Below are positions 30,787-38,372 of a DNA stretch of 38,372 nt, one piece after another. The notes under the pieces were generated by a model. It worked only from the letters and a program-made list of their open reading frames with translations, ran no database searches and had not been told where the DNA came from. Made by a program: the position numbers and the translations under genes. Position 1 is the first letter of the stretch, and each line of letters begins with the position of its first letter. The DNA is from a virus, in UHGV virus genome UHGV-0143060. One strand, given 5' to 3'.

Positions 30787-31092
30787 ATGACAGTAGTCAT
30801 TACATATCTGGCTGACGATAACGCCAGAAATCGCCGCAGAGCACGCAGACAGGCTCAACGTGAGCAGGCAATGCAAGAACAGCGACTGGCGCGAAAAATT
30901 GCGCTAAAGCTCTCTGGTTGCGTCAGAGCAGATAAAGCAGCATCACTTGGAAGCCTTCGCTGCAAGAAGACAGAAGAAGTCGAGCGTAAACAGAACTGTA
31001 TTTACTACCGCAAGCCACGCAGTGAAATGGGTGTGACTTGTTCAGGCCGCCAGAAGCAACGCGGAAAATCAATTCCAGCTTATTACGATTGA
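30787..31092 (+). CDS. N: N-type antiterminator
   Basis: Arginine-rich motif NARNRRRARRQAQREQA; C-terminus GVTCSGRQKQRGKSIP resembles the lambda N C-terminus. Confidence 0.8.
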   Translation: MTVVITYLADDNARNRRRARRQAQREQAMQEQRLARKIALKLSGCVRADKAASLGSLRCKKTEEVERKQNCIYYRKPRSEMGVTCSGRQKQRGKSIPAYYD

Positions 31093-31099
31093 GGTGAGC

Positions 31100-31237
31100 C
31101 ATGCTCAAGAAAGTCAAACGCCGACTTTACAAAGAAGGTAGATATTCATGCCAATTGCCAAAATGCGACACAACAAAATGGAGTGTCGATGATTGGTGTA
31201 ACTGGATAGATAGATACGGAACTTGGTGGGATAAATA
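31100..31237 (+). CDS. Small Cys/Trp-rich hypothetical protein (45 aa)
   Basis: GAGGTGA RBS then ATG; hand-translated MLKKVKRRLYKEGRYSCQLPKCDTTKWSVDDWCNWIDRYGTWWDK. Confidence 0.4.
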
Positions 31238-31362
31238 ACAGGTAACTTAAGCGGATTTATTTTCGCAGCAAACCACTTATTTGAGGTGAGATATGGAAGA
31301 AGAATTTGAAGAGTTCGAAGAGCATCCTCAGGATGTGATGGAACAATACCAGGACTATCCGT

Positions 31363-31563
31363 ATGACTACGACTATTGATAAAAATCAATGGTGTGGACA
31401 ATTCAAGCGATGCAATGGATGCAAGCTGCAATCGGAATGCATGGTTAAGCCTGAAGAAATGTTTCCTGTAATGGAAGATGGGAAATATGTCGATAAATGG
31501 GCAATACGAACGACGGCAATGATTGCCAGAGAACTTGGTAAACAGTACTACAAGGCTGCCTGA
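31363..31563 (+). CDS. ral: Ral (restriction alleviation, anti-type-I R-M)
   Basis: MTTTIDKNQWCGQFKRCNGCKLQSECMVKPEEMFPVMEDGKYVDKWAIRTTAMIARELGKQ matches lambda Ral as recalled. Confidence 0.8.
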   Translation: MTTTIDKNQWCGQFKRCNGCKLQSECMVKPEEMFPVMEDGKYVDKWAIRTTAMIARELGKQYYKAA

Positions 31564-31581
31564 TGGTGGCCTTTATTTTTG
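31553..31581 (+). terminator. Terminator-like hairpin plus T-run after ral (probably read through under N)
   Basis: AGGCTGCC-TGAT-GGTGGCCT then TTTATTTTT. Confidence 0.45.
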
Positions 31582-31621
31582 TCCGTAAATAATTTCATGA
31601 TTATTATAATCAAGGTGATAT

Positions 31622-31810
31622 ATGAACCGTAAATTTGAAATTTGGTTGGATTCCGGAGCAAACATTCACTCTTGCAAAAAGACAGTTGTAACACTCGGTG
31701 ATCTTGGCTTATCCGAGAATGAGTGGGATGAAATGGATCAGGACGAAAAAGACGAAAACATGCGTGATGTAGCATTTGAAACGCTTGATTGGGGATGGAA
31801 GGAAATTTAA
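31622..31810 (+). CDS. Small acidic hypothetical protein (62 aa)
   Basis: ORF with AAGGTGA-like upstream sequence; acidic DEMDQDEKDENM region. Confidence 0.5.
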   Translation: MNRKFEIWLDSGANIHSCKKTVVTLGDLGLSENEWDEMDQDEKDENMRDVAFETLDWGWKEI

Positions 31811-31815
31811 GTGAT

Positions 31816-31842
31816 GGCCGCATAGTCGGCCTTTATTTTTGG
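31816..31842 (+). terminator. Terminator-like hairpin plus T-run
   Basis: GGCCG-CATAGT-CGGCC then TTTATTTTTGG. Confidence 0.45.
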
Positions 31843-32049
31843 CATAAACAACAGAATAAACACTGCACTGTGTATTCATTCCAACGAGTGAATACACGGA
31901 GCAATGTCGCTCGTAACTAAACAGGAGCCGACTTGTTCTGATTATTGGAAATCTTCTTTGCCCTCCAGTGTGAGGGCCTTTTTATATGCATACCAATAAC
32001 GCTTCACTTGAGGCGTTTTCGTTATGCAATCAAACAGAAGGAGCATCCT

Positions 32050-32220
32050 ATGCAACAGTTCGCTATTGCAGGGGCGGCATCGGTTCGCCCTTTCAACCCG
32101 ATTTTATCGGTACAGCATTCACGAAAAAATATTTTAACCGGAGCAGACTTTAAACAACCAAGAATGAAAAGCTTGCTCGAAAAGCTTTGGGATATTTTGA
32201 AACAACAAGGCCGTCCATGA
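32050..32220 (+). CDS. CIII-like protein (putative FtsH inhibitor)
   Basis: AAGGAG RBS; MQQFAIAGAASV... and amphipathic SLLEKLWDILKQQ reminiscent of lambda CIII (MQYAIAGW...ESLLERITRKLRDGWKRLIDIL). Confidence 0.5.
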   Translation: MQQFAIAGAASVRPFNPILSVQHSRKNILTGADFKQPRMKSLLEKLWDILKQQGRP

Positions 32221-32375
32221 GTTTTACAGATAACTGGTCAGACGAAGAATTCATTCGTCAGATGAAAGAATTAATCGGCAACGAAGGAGATATTCATGTC
32301 ACTTGCAACCACGGTGAAGGAGAGCAAGTTACAGAGACGCATGTACACGCAGAAAGCTCTCTGGTATCGCCATAA
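32217..32375 (+). CDS. Small hypothetical protein (kil-position), 52 aa
   Basis: ATG overlaps the upstream stop; MSFTDNWSDEEFIRQMKELIGNEGDIHVTCNHGEGEQ. Confidence 0.4.
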   Translation: MSFTDNWSDEEFIRQMKELIGNEGDIHVTCNHGEGEQVTETHVHAESSLVSP

Positions 32376-32474
32376 TGGCGACCGCGAAGGAATGCGGGTA
32401 TGCCTTAATTTGTCCCGAGTCGAAGTATTAAATCAGCGTTATTTCCTTGGGCCATGTCCATTCTGAGGTGAATT

Positions 32475-33182
32475 ATGGATTTGAACAAATTCGATGAGCC
32501 ATTCAGCCCTGAAGATATCGAATGGCGAATACAGCAAAGCGGTAAAACACGCGATGGAAAGGTGTGGGCTATGGTGCTGGCTTATGTCACGAACAGGGCA
32601 ATCATGAAACGCCTGGACGATGTTTGCGGCAAAGCAGGATGGCGCAATGAATACCGCGATATTCCCAACAACGGAGGCGTTGAATGCGGCATATCAATCA
32701 AGATTGATTCCGAATGGGTAACCAAATGGGATGCTGCTGAAAACACGCAGGTAGAAGCCGTCAAAGGTGGTCGCTCAGGTGCAATGAAGCGTGCTGCCGT
32801 TCAGTGGGGAATCGGTCGGTATCTGTATAACCTTGAGGAAGGTTTCGCACAAACATCTCTCGATAAAAAGCAGGGATGGCACAGGGCAAAACTCAAGGAT
32901 GGAACAGGATTTTACTGGCTCCCTCCATCGCTGCCGGGATGGGCAATACCAGCATCAGATAACAAACCATCACCAGAAAATACCAACCAGAAATCTCCAT
33001 CGGTTGACTGCGAACAAATCCTGAAAGACTTCAGCGATTATGCGTCAACAGAAACTGACAAGAAAAAACTCATCGAGCGTTATCAGCATGACTGGCAATT
33101 AATGGCTGGCAATGAGGATGCGCAGGCTAAATGCGTTCAGGTAATGAACATCAGAGTTAACGAACTAAAACAGGCGGCATAA
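32475..33182 (+). CDS. Single-strand annealing recombinase (Rad52/Sak-like or Erf-like)
   Basis: AMKRAAVQWGIGRYLYNL motif typical of Rad52-like annealing proteins; sits immediately upstream of ssb. Confidence 0.6.
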   Translation: MDLNKFDEPFSPEDIEWRIQQSGKTRDGKVWAMVLAYVTNRAIMKRLDDVCGKAGWRNEYRDIPNNGGVECGISIKIDSEWVTKWDAAENTQVEAVKGGRSGAMKRAAVQWGIGRYLYNLEEGFAQTSLDKKQGWHRAKLKDGTGFYWLPPSLPGWAIPASDNKPSPENTNQKSPSVDCEQILKDFSDYASTETDKKKLIERYQHDWQLMAGNEDAQAKCVQVMNIRVNELKQAA

Positions 33183-33698
33183 ATGGCAAGCAGAGGCGTA
33201 AATAAGGTGATCATTATTGGTCGCCTTGGGCATGATCCAGAAATCAGATATTCACCATCAGGAACGGCATTTGCAAACCTTACAGTTGCTACGTCAGAAC
33301 AATGGCGTGATAAGCAAACTGGAGAGCAAAAGGAGCAGACGGAGTGGCACCGTGTGGTAATGAGCGGGAAACTGGCAGAAATTGCCAGCGAATATCTGCG
33401 AAAAGGCTCTGAGGTTTATCTTGAAGGCAAATTGCGGACAAGAAAATGGCAGGATCAAAGCGGACAGGATCGGTTCACTACCGAAGTCATAGTGGGCGTT
33501 GGTGGAACCATGCAAATGCTTGGTGGCAAGCAAGGAGGCAATGAACAGTCTTCACCTCAGCGAAATGACGGTCAGCAACAAAGACAACAACATCAGCAGC
33601 AAGGGAATCACAGCGAACCACCTATGGATTTTGACGACGATATCCCCTTTGCACCAGTAACTCTCCCTTTCCCTCGTCACGCTATTCACGCAATTTAA
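33183..33698 (+). CDS. ssb: Single-stranded DNA-binding protein
   Basis: OB-fold N-terminus [44 protein letters not shown], Gly/Gln-rich linker, acidic DDDIPF tail. Confidence 0.9.
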   Translation: MASRGVNKVIIIGRLGHDPEIRYSPSGTAFANLTVATSEQWRDKQTGEQKEQTEWHRVVMSGKLAEIASEYLRKGSEVYLEGKLRTRKWQDQSGQDRFTTEVIVGVGGTMQMLGGKQGGNEQSSPQRNDGQQQRQQHQQQGNHSEPPMDFDDDIPFAPVTLPFPRHAIHAI

Positions 33699-33706
33699 GG
33701 ACTTAC

Positions 33707-34255
33707 ATGAATCACTTGATGGTTGACCTTGAAACAATGGGCAACGGGCCATACGCGCCAGTTATTTCTATTGGGGCGGTATTCTTTGACCCGAATACCG
33801 GAGAAACAGGAGAAGAGTTCTCGGTAAATATCTCGCTTGAGTCATCAATGCGATATCGAGCGCGTCCTGACGCTTCAACGATTTTATGGTGGATGGAACA
33901 GAGTGAAGAAGCCAGAAAATCGCTAACCAGCAACACTCAGGAGCTTTCAACGGCTCTTTCATGGTTATCTGAATTCATCATAAAGAACGCCAACCACAAA
34001 CTCGTTCAGGTTTGGGGGAATGGAGCATCATTTGACTGCGTTATTCTCCGCAACAGTTATTCGCTGACAGGGCAGCCAGTTCCGTGGCAGTGGTGGAATG
34101 ACCGCGACGTAAGAACAATCGTCGAACTTGGGAAGATAATAGGATTCGACCCTAAGCGAGATATGCCATTCAAAGGAATTCGCCACAACGCGCTTGATGA
34201 TGCCATTCACCAAGCCAAATACGTTTCAGCGATCTGGAAAAAGTTAGCTAAATAA
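33707..34255 (+). CDS. DnaQ-like (DEDD) 3'-5' exonuclease
   Basis: MVDLETMG (Exo I-like), WGNGASFDCVIL, HNALDDAIHQAKY (Exo III-like). Confidence 0.65.
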   Translation: MNHLMVDLETMGNGPYAPVISIGAVFFDPNTGETGEEFSVNISLESSMRYRARPDASTILWWMEQSEEARKSLTSNTQELSTALSWLSEFIIKNANHKLVQVWGNGASFDCVILRNSYSLTGQPVPWQWWNDRDVRTIVELGKIIGFDPKRDMPFKGIRHNALDDAIHQAKYVSAIWKKLAK

Positions 34256-34271
34256 TCAACAGGAGAAAACC

Positions 34272-34568
34272 ATGCCAGCGCCTCTGTATGGTGCGGATGA
34301 CCCGCGCCGCTGTTCCGGCAATTCCGTATCGGAGGTGCTGGATAAATTCAGAAAAAACTACGACCTGATAATGTCGCTACCGCAGGAAACGAAAGAGGAA
34401 AAGGAATTTCGCCACTGTATATGGCTTGCAGAGAAAGAAGAACGAGAGCGAATTTACCAGACATCAATACGACCATTCCGCAAAGCCACATATACCCACT
34501 TCCCTGAATATATCGACCCGCGCCTGCGTAATTACCGCTCACGCTATGGCGCTATCAGTAATGACTGA
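34272..34568 (+). CDS. Hypothetical protein
   Basis: 98-aa ORF in the early-left operon. Confidence 0.45.
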   Translation: MPAPLYGADDPRRCSGNSVSEVLDKFRKNYDLIMSLPQETKEEKEFRHCIWLAEKEERERIYQTSIRPFRKATYTHFPEYIDPRLRNYRSRYGAISND

Positions 34569-34578
34569 GGAATTAACA

Positions 34579-34869
34579 ATGAAAACAATGAAGCTAAACA
34601 TCGACCTCGGAAAATACGTTATTACCGGAACCAAACACGATCTGATTCTTAGCGAAAGAGGAATTATCAAAGAAGGCGAGAATGCAGGGAAAGAAACACT
34701 AAGTCGTATCGGTTATTACAGCAAGTTTGAGCATCTGGTTAAAGAGTTATGCAACCGTGAAATCCTGTTATCTCAGGCGCAGACGCTACAGGATATTCAG
34801 CAGCATATCGAAACTTTAGGTATGTCACTTAGCATGGCTATTGACCAGTTCATGGAGAGTAAATCATGA
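34579..34869 (+). CDS. Hypothetical protein (96 aa)
   Basis: GAGGAA RBS then ATG at 34579; tabulated ORF begins upstream and overlaps the previous gene. Confidence 0.45.
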   Translation: MKTMKLNIDLGKYVITGTKHDLILSERGIIKEGENAGKETLSRIGYYSKFEHLVKELCNREILLSQAQTLQDIQQHIETLGMSLSMAIDQFMESKS

Positions 34870-35033
34870 GAGGACTTGCATACAATCCCGGCATTCTTCC
34901 GGCAGAAATGATTATTCGCCAACGCATAAAGCCAATGCCATCGAGAGAGGAATTGCTTAAAAGAAATTCTTTTCCATCAGTGAATCAAAACAAATATCTG
35001 AATGCGATGTGGCGCAAAGGAGGCAACCAGTGA
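34866..35033 (+). CDS. Hypothetical small protein (55 aa)
   Basis: ATGA-coupled to the upstream gene; hand-translated [55 protein letters not shown]. Confidence 0.35.
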   Translation: MRGLAYNPGILPAEMIIRQRIKPMPSREELLKRNSFPSVNQNKYLNAMWRKGGNQ

Positions 35034-35227
35034 GCGAAATTAATTACCAGGCACTGCGTGAAAAAGCAGAGAAAGCAACGTGTGGTGTGTGGTCGCTCGA
35101 ATATGGAGAGGGCCGATTTGATGGTGATGATGCACTAATTCATCGCGAGGCTGCTGGATATATTCCCATTTGCAGAATTGAAGGAGCGCATCCAGAAAGC
35201 GGTTTCGATGAAGATTTCCAAATGTAA
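35030..35227 (+). CDS. Ea22-like protein, N-terminal segment ending at an in-frame TAA
   Basis: AGGAGG RBS then GTG at 35030 (GTGA overlap with the upstream stop); [20 protein letters not shown]... Confidence 0.45.
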   Translation: MSEINYQALREKAEKATCGVWSLEYGEGRFDGDDALIHREAAGYIPICRIEGAHPESGFDEDFQM

Positions 35228-35518
35228 CAGCAGGCCAATGCTGAATTCATCGCCGCAGCCAGTCCAGCTACTGTGCTGGCGCTGCTGGATGAACGGGAAA
35301 GAAACCAGCAATACATAAAACGCCGCGATCAGGAGAACGAGGATATTGCGCTAACGGTAGGGAAACTGCGTGTTGAGCTTGAGGAAGCAAAATCAAAACT
35401 CAACGAGCAACGTGAGTATTACGAAGGTGTTATCTCGGATGGAAGCAAGCGCATAGCCGCTCTTCTTTGCAAGGACAATCTTGTCAGCACCACGAACATT
35501 GAAGGTGAAAGAAGATGA
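35228..35518 (+). CDS. Continuation of the same reading frame after the single stop ([22 protein letters not shown]..., coiled-coil); no RBS of its own
   Basis: Same frame as 35030-35227; first possible start codon is GTG at 35273 with no Shine-Dalgarno sequence. Confidence 0.4.
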   Translation, partial: QQANAEFIAAASPATVLALLDERERNQQYIKRRDQENEDIALTVGKLRVELEEAKSKLNEQREYYEGVISDGSKRIAALLCKDNLVSTTNIEGERR

Positions 35519-35838
35519 CCACATCGCATTCTGCTATTACCCAGGAAAAAGCCTTCAACATACTCGAACGACTAGAGACGCTCGCTACGGAGGAGGAGAT
35601 ATCCCCGGAGAAACTGGTTGCGTTCAGCCGTGTGATATTGCGTCGAAAGAACGATATGGAGCGGCTGACATCTGGCGCTCCATCCTTATCAGTCAGGCGA
35701 ACACTTTGTTGCAGCTTCTGCAACAAATCCCAGTACGCCGTCAAAAAGTTAATTGCTGGGGACGCCGTTTTCATCTGCGACGAGTGTGTGGATGTGTGCA
35801 ACAGAATTATCCGGGGAGAGAAAGAGGGATCAGCATGA
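35515..35838 (+). CDS. Small protein with C-terminal ClpX-type C4 zinc-binding domain
   Basis: [34 protein letters not shown] aligns with the E. coli ClpX N-terminal zinc-binding domain ([34 protein letters not shown]) as recalled. Confidence 0.7.
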   Translation: MTTSHSAITQEKAFNILERLETLATEEEISPEKLVAFSRVILRRKNDMERLTSGAPSLSVRRTLCCSFCNKSQYAVKKLIAGDAVFICDECVDVCNRIIRGEKEGSA

Positions 35839-36365
35839 AATTTTCCAAATTTTCTGAGTTGGTGAATCGTATTTTGTCCAACAACCACAGCCATCGTCGC
35901 GATATGGATGTAACGATCGTTGTTCATTCGCCTGGTCGCATCGGTTCAACACCATCAGTTGAGGTTCAGTCAATTCAGGCGGGTTTTGATTGGGATGCCG
36001 GGCAAGTGATGATTTTTCCAGCACAGCCACTGACCACGCTAACACCAGAGCAGGTTGCTGATATCACTGATAGTGTGCGCAAAGGTCAGTCTTGGCACGC
36101 GTATCAGGAATACAAGAAGCATAAAGAGCAGTTGGAAAAAATGTCGATGGAGTTGGAAGCCGCTAAACAGCGGGAAAAAGATCTGTTTATGGAAAATGTT
36201 CGACTTAAGTCAGGTATAGCCGGTCTGATACACCTCGGTATTCGATATGCGGATGTTGAGGTCATGAAAATTGCTGGAGATGCCCAGCTTTCTACTCCAT
36301 GCACTGACAGCATCATAAACAGCATTGCAGCAGGCATTTTCACCAAAGAGGGGGCAGCACGATGA
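35835..36365 (+). CDS. Hypothetical protein (176 aa) with coiled-coil C-terminal half
   Basis: ATGA-coupled start [12 protein letters not shown]...; the front part of the tabulated 294-aa ORF is judged spurious. Confidence 0.5.
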   Translation: MKFSKFSELVNRILSNNHSHRRDMDVTIVVHSPGRIGSTPSVEVQSIQAGFDWDAGQVMIFPAQPLTTLTPEQVADITDSVRKGQSWHAYQEYKKHKEQLEKMSMELEAAKQREKDLFMENVRLKSGIAGLIHLGIRYADVEVMKIAGDAQLSTPCTDSIINSIAAGIFTKEGAAR

Positions 36366-36547
36366 GAACACTAGAGGTTCGCGCTGAAGACGTAATCCCT
36401 GGTGATGTGCTCATAACATCTAAAGGTCAACAATGTGCGGTTAAATCTTTTTGGATGGAAAATGACAAAGTGACTCTGTTCGGTACGGATGGTTCCGAAA
36501 CTGATTATGACTACGACGAATTGCTTGTTGTTGAGAGAGCTGCCTAA
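36362..36547 (+). CDS. Small hypothetical protein
   Basis: 61-aa ORF, stop/start coupled to both neighbours. Confidence 0.45.
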   Translation: MRTLEVRAEDVIPGDVLITSKGQQCAVKSFWMENDKVTLFGTDGSETDYDYDELLVVERAA

Positions 36548-37098
36548 TGACCACCGTTAACAATAAGAAATGCTACCCAAGCGATAAATATCTTAATGAG
36601 CTGATCACCAACATTGAATTTGCTGCAAGGGCACCAGTTGAAGTCGTGAGAGCGATGGCTGCAGAGCTACAGAAGCGGCGCGAAGCTGATAGTGCAGAAC
36701 CTGTAAGCCAAACTTACAAGTTGCCAGTTAATACACCTTGCCAAGATGCGCCAGCCCATATCTGGCTGCAAACGGCTGGAGTATGGCCAGAAGATGGCGA
36801 GTTAAGCGAATTAACGTGGTGCAGCCACAATCAGCACCATGATGACACGCTATATGTTCGAGCTGACCTTGTGAATGGCAACTATCCGGTAACTCCGGAT
36901 GGTTGGATAAGCTGTAGTGAGCGAATGCCAGATGATGGTCAGCACGTAATTATTTTATGTGATGGCGCATTCGTTCTTTATGCGCAATATCGAGACGGAG
37001 AGTTTTTCGATATTGTCCGCAATGGTGATGAATTTTTCGAAACACAGAGTCGCAATGTAACCGACTGGATGCCGCTACCAGAACCTCCGCAGGGGTGA
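36547..37098 (+). CDS. DUF551-domain protein (Ea22/ead-associated family)
   Basis: C-terminus WISCSERMPDDGQHVIILCDG...VTDWMPLPEPPQG typical of DUF551. Confidence 0.6.
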   Translation: MTTVNNKKCYPSDKYLNELITNIEFAARAPVEVVRAMAAELQKRREADSAEPVSQTYKLPVNTPCQDAPAHIWLQTAGVWPEDGELSELTWCSHNQHHDDTLYVRADLVNGNYPVTPDGWISCSERMPDDGQHVIILCDGAFVLYAQYRDGEFFDIVRNGDEFFETQSRNVTDWMPLPEPPQG

Positions 37099-37164
37099 AA
37101 TGATGCTTGGCCTGAAGTATTTTATGTAATTGGTATTGCTATATTTTTATCTGGGGATAAACGA

Positions 37165-37407
37165 ATGTTCTCTCTGATTCAACGTGGTCAGATATACACC
37201 GATAGCGCTGGCTATCCAGTAAAAATCATTCGTAGTACTGATCACTCAGTATTCTTCAAGAGGATGGATGGCTATCCTGGAAGAGTGTGCATCAGAAAAT
37301 TCAATAATTTATTCGAACACATTGATCACAGAGAATATCACCAGATCCTGGCTGAAACAGAACAGGAGAACCATCTGAAAAAATTACGTGCTATGCAAAA
37401 GAGATAA
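37165..37407 (+). CDS. Hypothetical protein
   Basis: 80-aa ORF in the early-left accessory region. Confidence 0.45.
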   Translation: MFSLIQRGQIYTDSAGYPVKIIRSTDHSVFFKRMDGYPGRVCIRKFNNLFEHIDHREYHQILAETEQENHLKKLRAMQKR

Positions 37408-37525
37408 ACCGGTAAAGGTGTTCGCGATAAAGGTGAATATCGGCAATGAATAACAATCCTCGAACTCGCGGGGATTTCTTTTATCTGAACTCGCTACGGC
37501 GAGTTTTGTTTTATGGAGATGATAA

Positions 37526-37693
37526 ATGCACTTCCGAGTCACAGGTGAATGGAATGGAGAACCATTCAACAGGGTTATCGAAGCAGAGAACATCAACGAC
37601 TGCTATGACCACTGGATGATATGGGCGCAGATAGCGCATGCAGACGTAACCAATATTCGAATTGAAGAACTGAAAGAACACCAAGCCGCCTGA
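37526..37693 (+). CDS. Small hypothetical protein (55 aa)
   Basis: GGAGATGATAA then ATG; hand-translated MHFRVTGEWNGEPFNRVIEAENINDCYDHWMIWAQIAHADVTNIRIEELKEHQAA. Confidence 0.4.
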   Translation: MHFRVTGEWNGEPFNRVIEAENINDCYDHWMIWAQIAHADVTNIRIEELKEHQAA

Positions 37694-37708
37694 TGGCGGT
37701 TTTTTTAT
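37683..37708 (+). terminator. Rho-independent terminator-like hairpin
   Basis: GCCGCC-TGAT-GGCGGT followed by TTTTTTTATT. Confidence 0.5.
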
Positions 37709-37720
37709 TGGAGACAAGAA

Positions 37721-38065
37721 ATGTCAGATTTGGCTATGAAGATTTTGAAATGGCAATCGACTGGCGATGTCGGCATCAGTAGCGCAACTCTTGCCTCAAT
37801 CGCATGTGGACTGAAAAAGAATATCTATGGTCATCACTTCGGCGCTCCACATGACGCAGCCGATTTCCGACGATGCGTTGCACTTGTTGAGGAGATTCCA
37901 GAAATCAGAGATTCATTCGACAAGGTTGCAAAGCGCGTTCCGGCATTCAAAGGAATCATCAACGAATGGGATTCCCTCGTTACTCTGTTGAAGTCTGAAA
38001 TGAAGATGCACGGGAACAAAGCGCCAGAGACTTACAGAAGAATCAGCGAGCTACGCAAGGACTAA
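37721..38065 (+). CDS. Hypothetical protein
   Basis: 114-aa ORF upstream of the excisionase. Confidence 0.5.
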   Translation: MSDLAMKILKWQSTGDVGISSATLASIACGLKKNIYGHHFGAPHDAADFRRCVALVEEIPEIRDSFDKVAKRVPAFKGIINEWDSLVTLLKSEMKMHGNKAPETYRRISELRKD

Positions 38066-38125
38066 CCCGCCTCACACTCGATGAGGCATTTTCATTTATC
38101 AAGATATCCAGACCTACCGCAATAA

Positions 38126-38372
<247 letters not shown>

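Noticed and set aside
31114-31897. Minus-strand ORFs (105, 91, 62 aa) in the early-left region as a possible sieB
   Set aside because: They overlap better-supported + strand genes (ral, small ORFs), lack an RBS and do not resemble SieB in length or composition.
35481-35834. N-terminal 118 codons of the tabulated 294-aa ORF
   Set aside because: It overlaps the ClpX zinc-finger gene in another frame; the real gene most likely starts at the ATGA-coupled ATG at 35835 (MKFSKF...).

Overview
The whole 38.4 kb window is one mosaic lambdoid prophage with P22-like architecture, most likely from an enterobacterial (E. coli/Shigella/Salmonella-type) host; neither attachment site nor the integrase is inside the window. 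All calls rest on reading the ORF translations and the DNA by eye against remembered protein families; no searches were run. Layout by coordinate: a cargo GT2 glycosyltransferase (1-1128, +) converging on the tailspike; late genes on the minus strand (tailspike, immI region ant/arc/mnt, ejection proteins gp16/gp20/gp7, gp14, tail needle gp26, gp10, gp4, coat, scaffold, portal, terminase); a lambda-type lysis cassette (S, R, Rz/Rz1), Q with pR'/tR', and the nin region; a replication module with a lambda-O-like initiator containing ori iterons plus a fused primase-helicase; the P22-type immC region (cII-like, cro, c2 with OR/OL, nutR/nutL); and the + strand early-left operon (N, ral, cIII-like, recombinase, SSB, exonuclease, many small accessory ORFs, 3'-truncated excisionase). 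The most interesting candidates are (1) an AT-rich moron island at the position where P22 carries sieA, holding a Panacea-domain (PanA-like) antitoxin tightly coupled to an unassigned 139-aa partner, next to a divergent membrane-anchored protein; (2) a small early protein carrying a ClpX-type C4 zinc-binding domain; (3) a chimeric tailspike; and (4) an Ea22-like gene split by a single in-frame stop.
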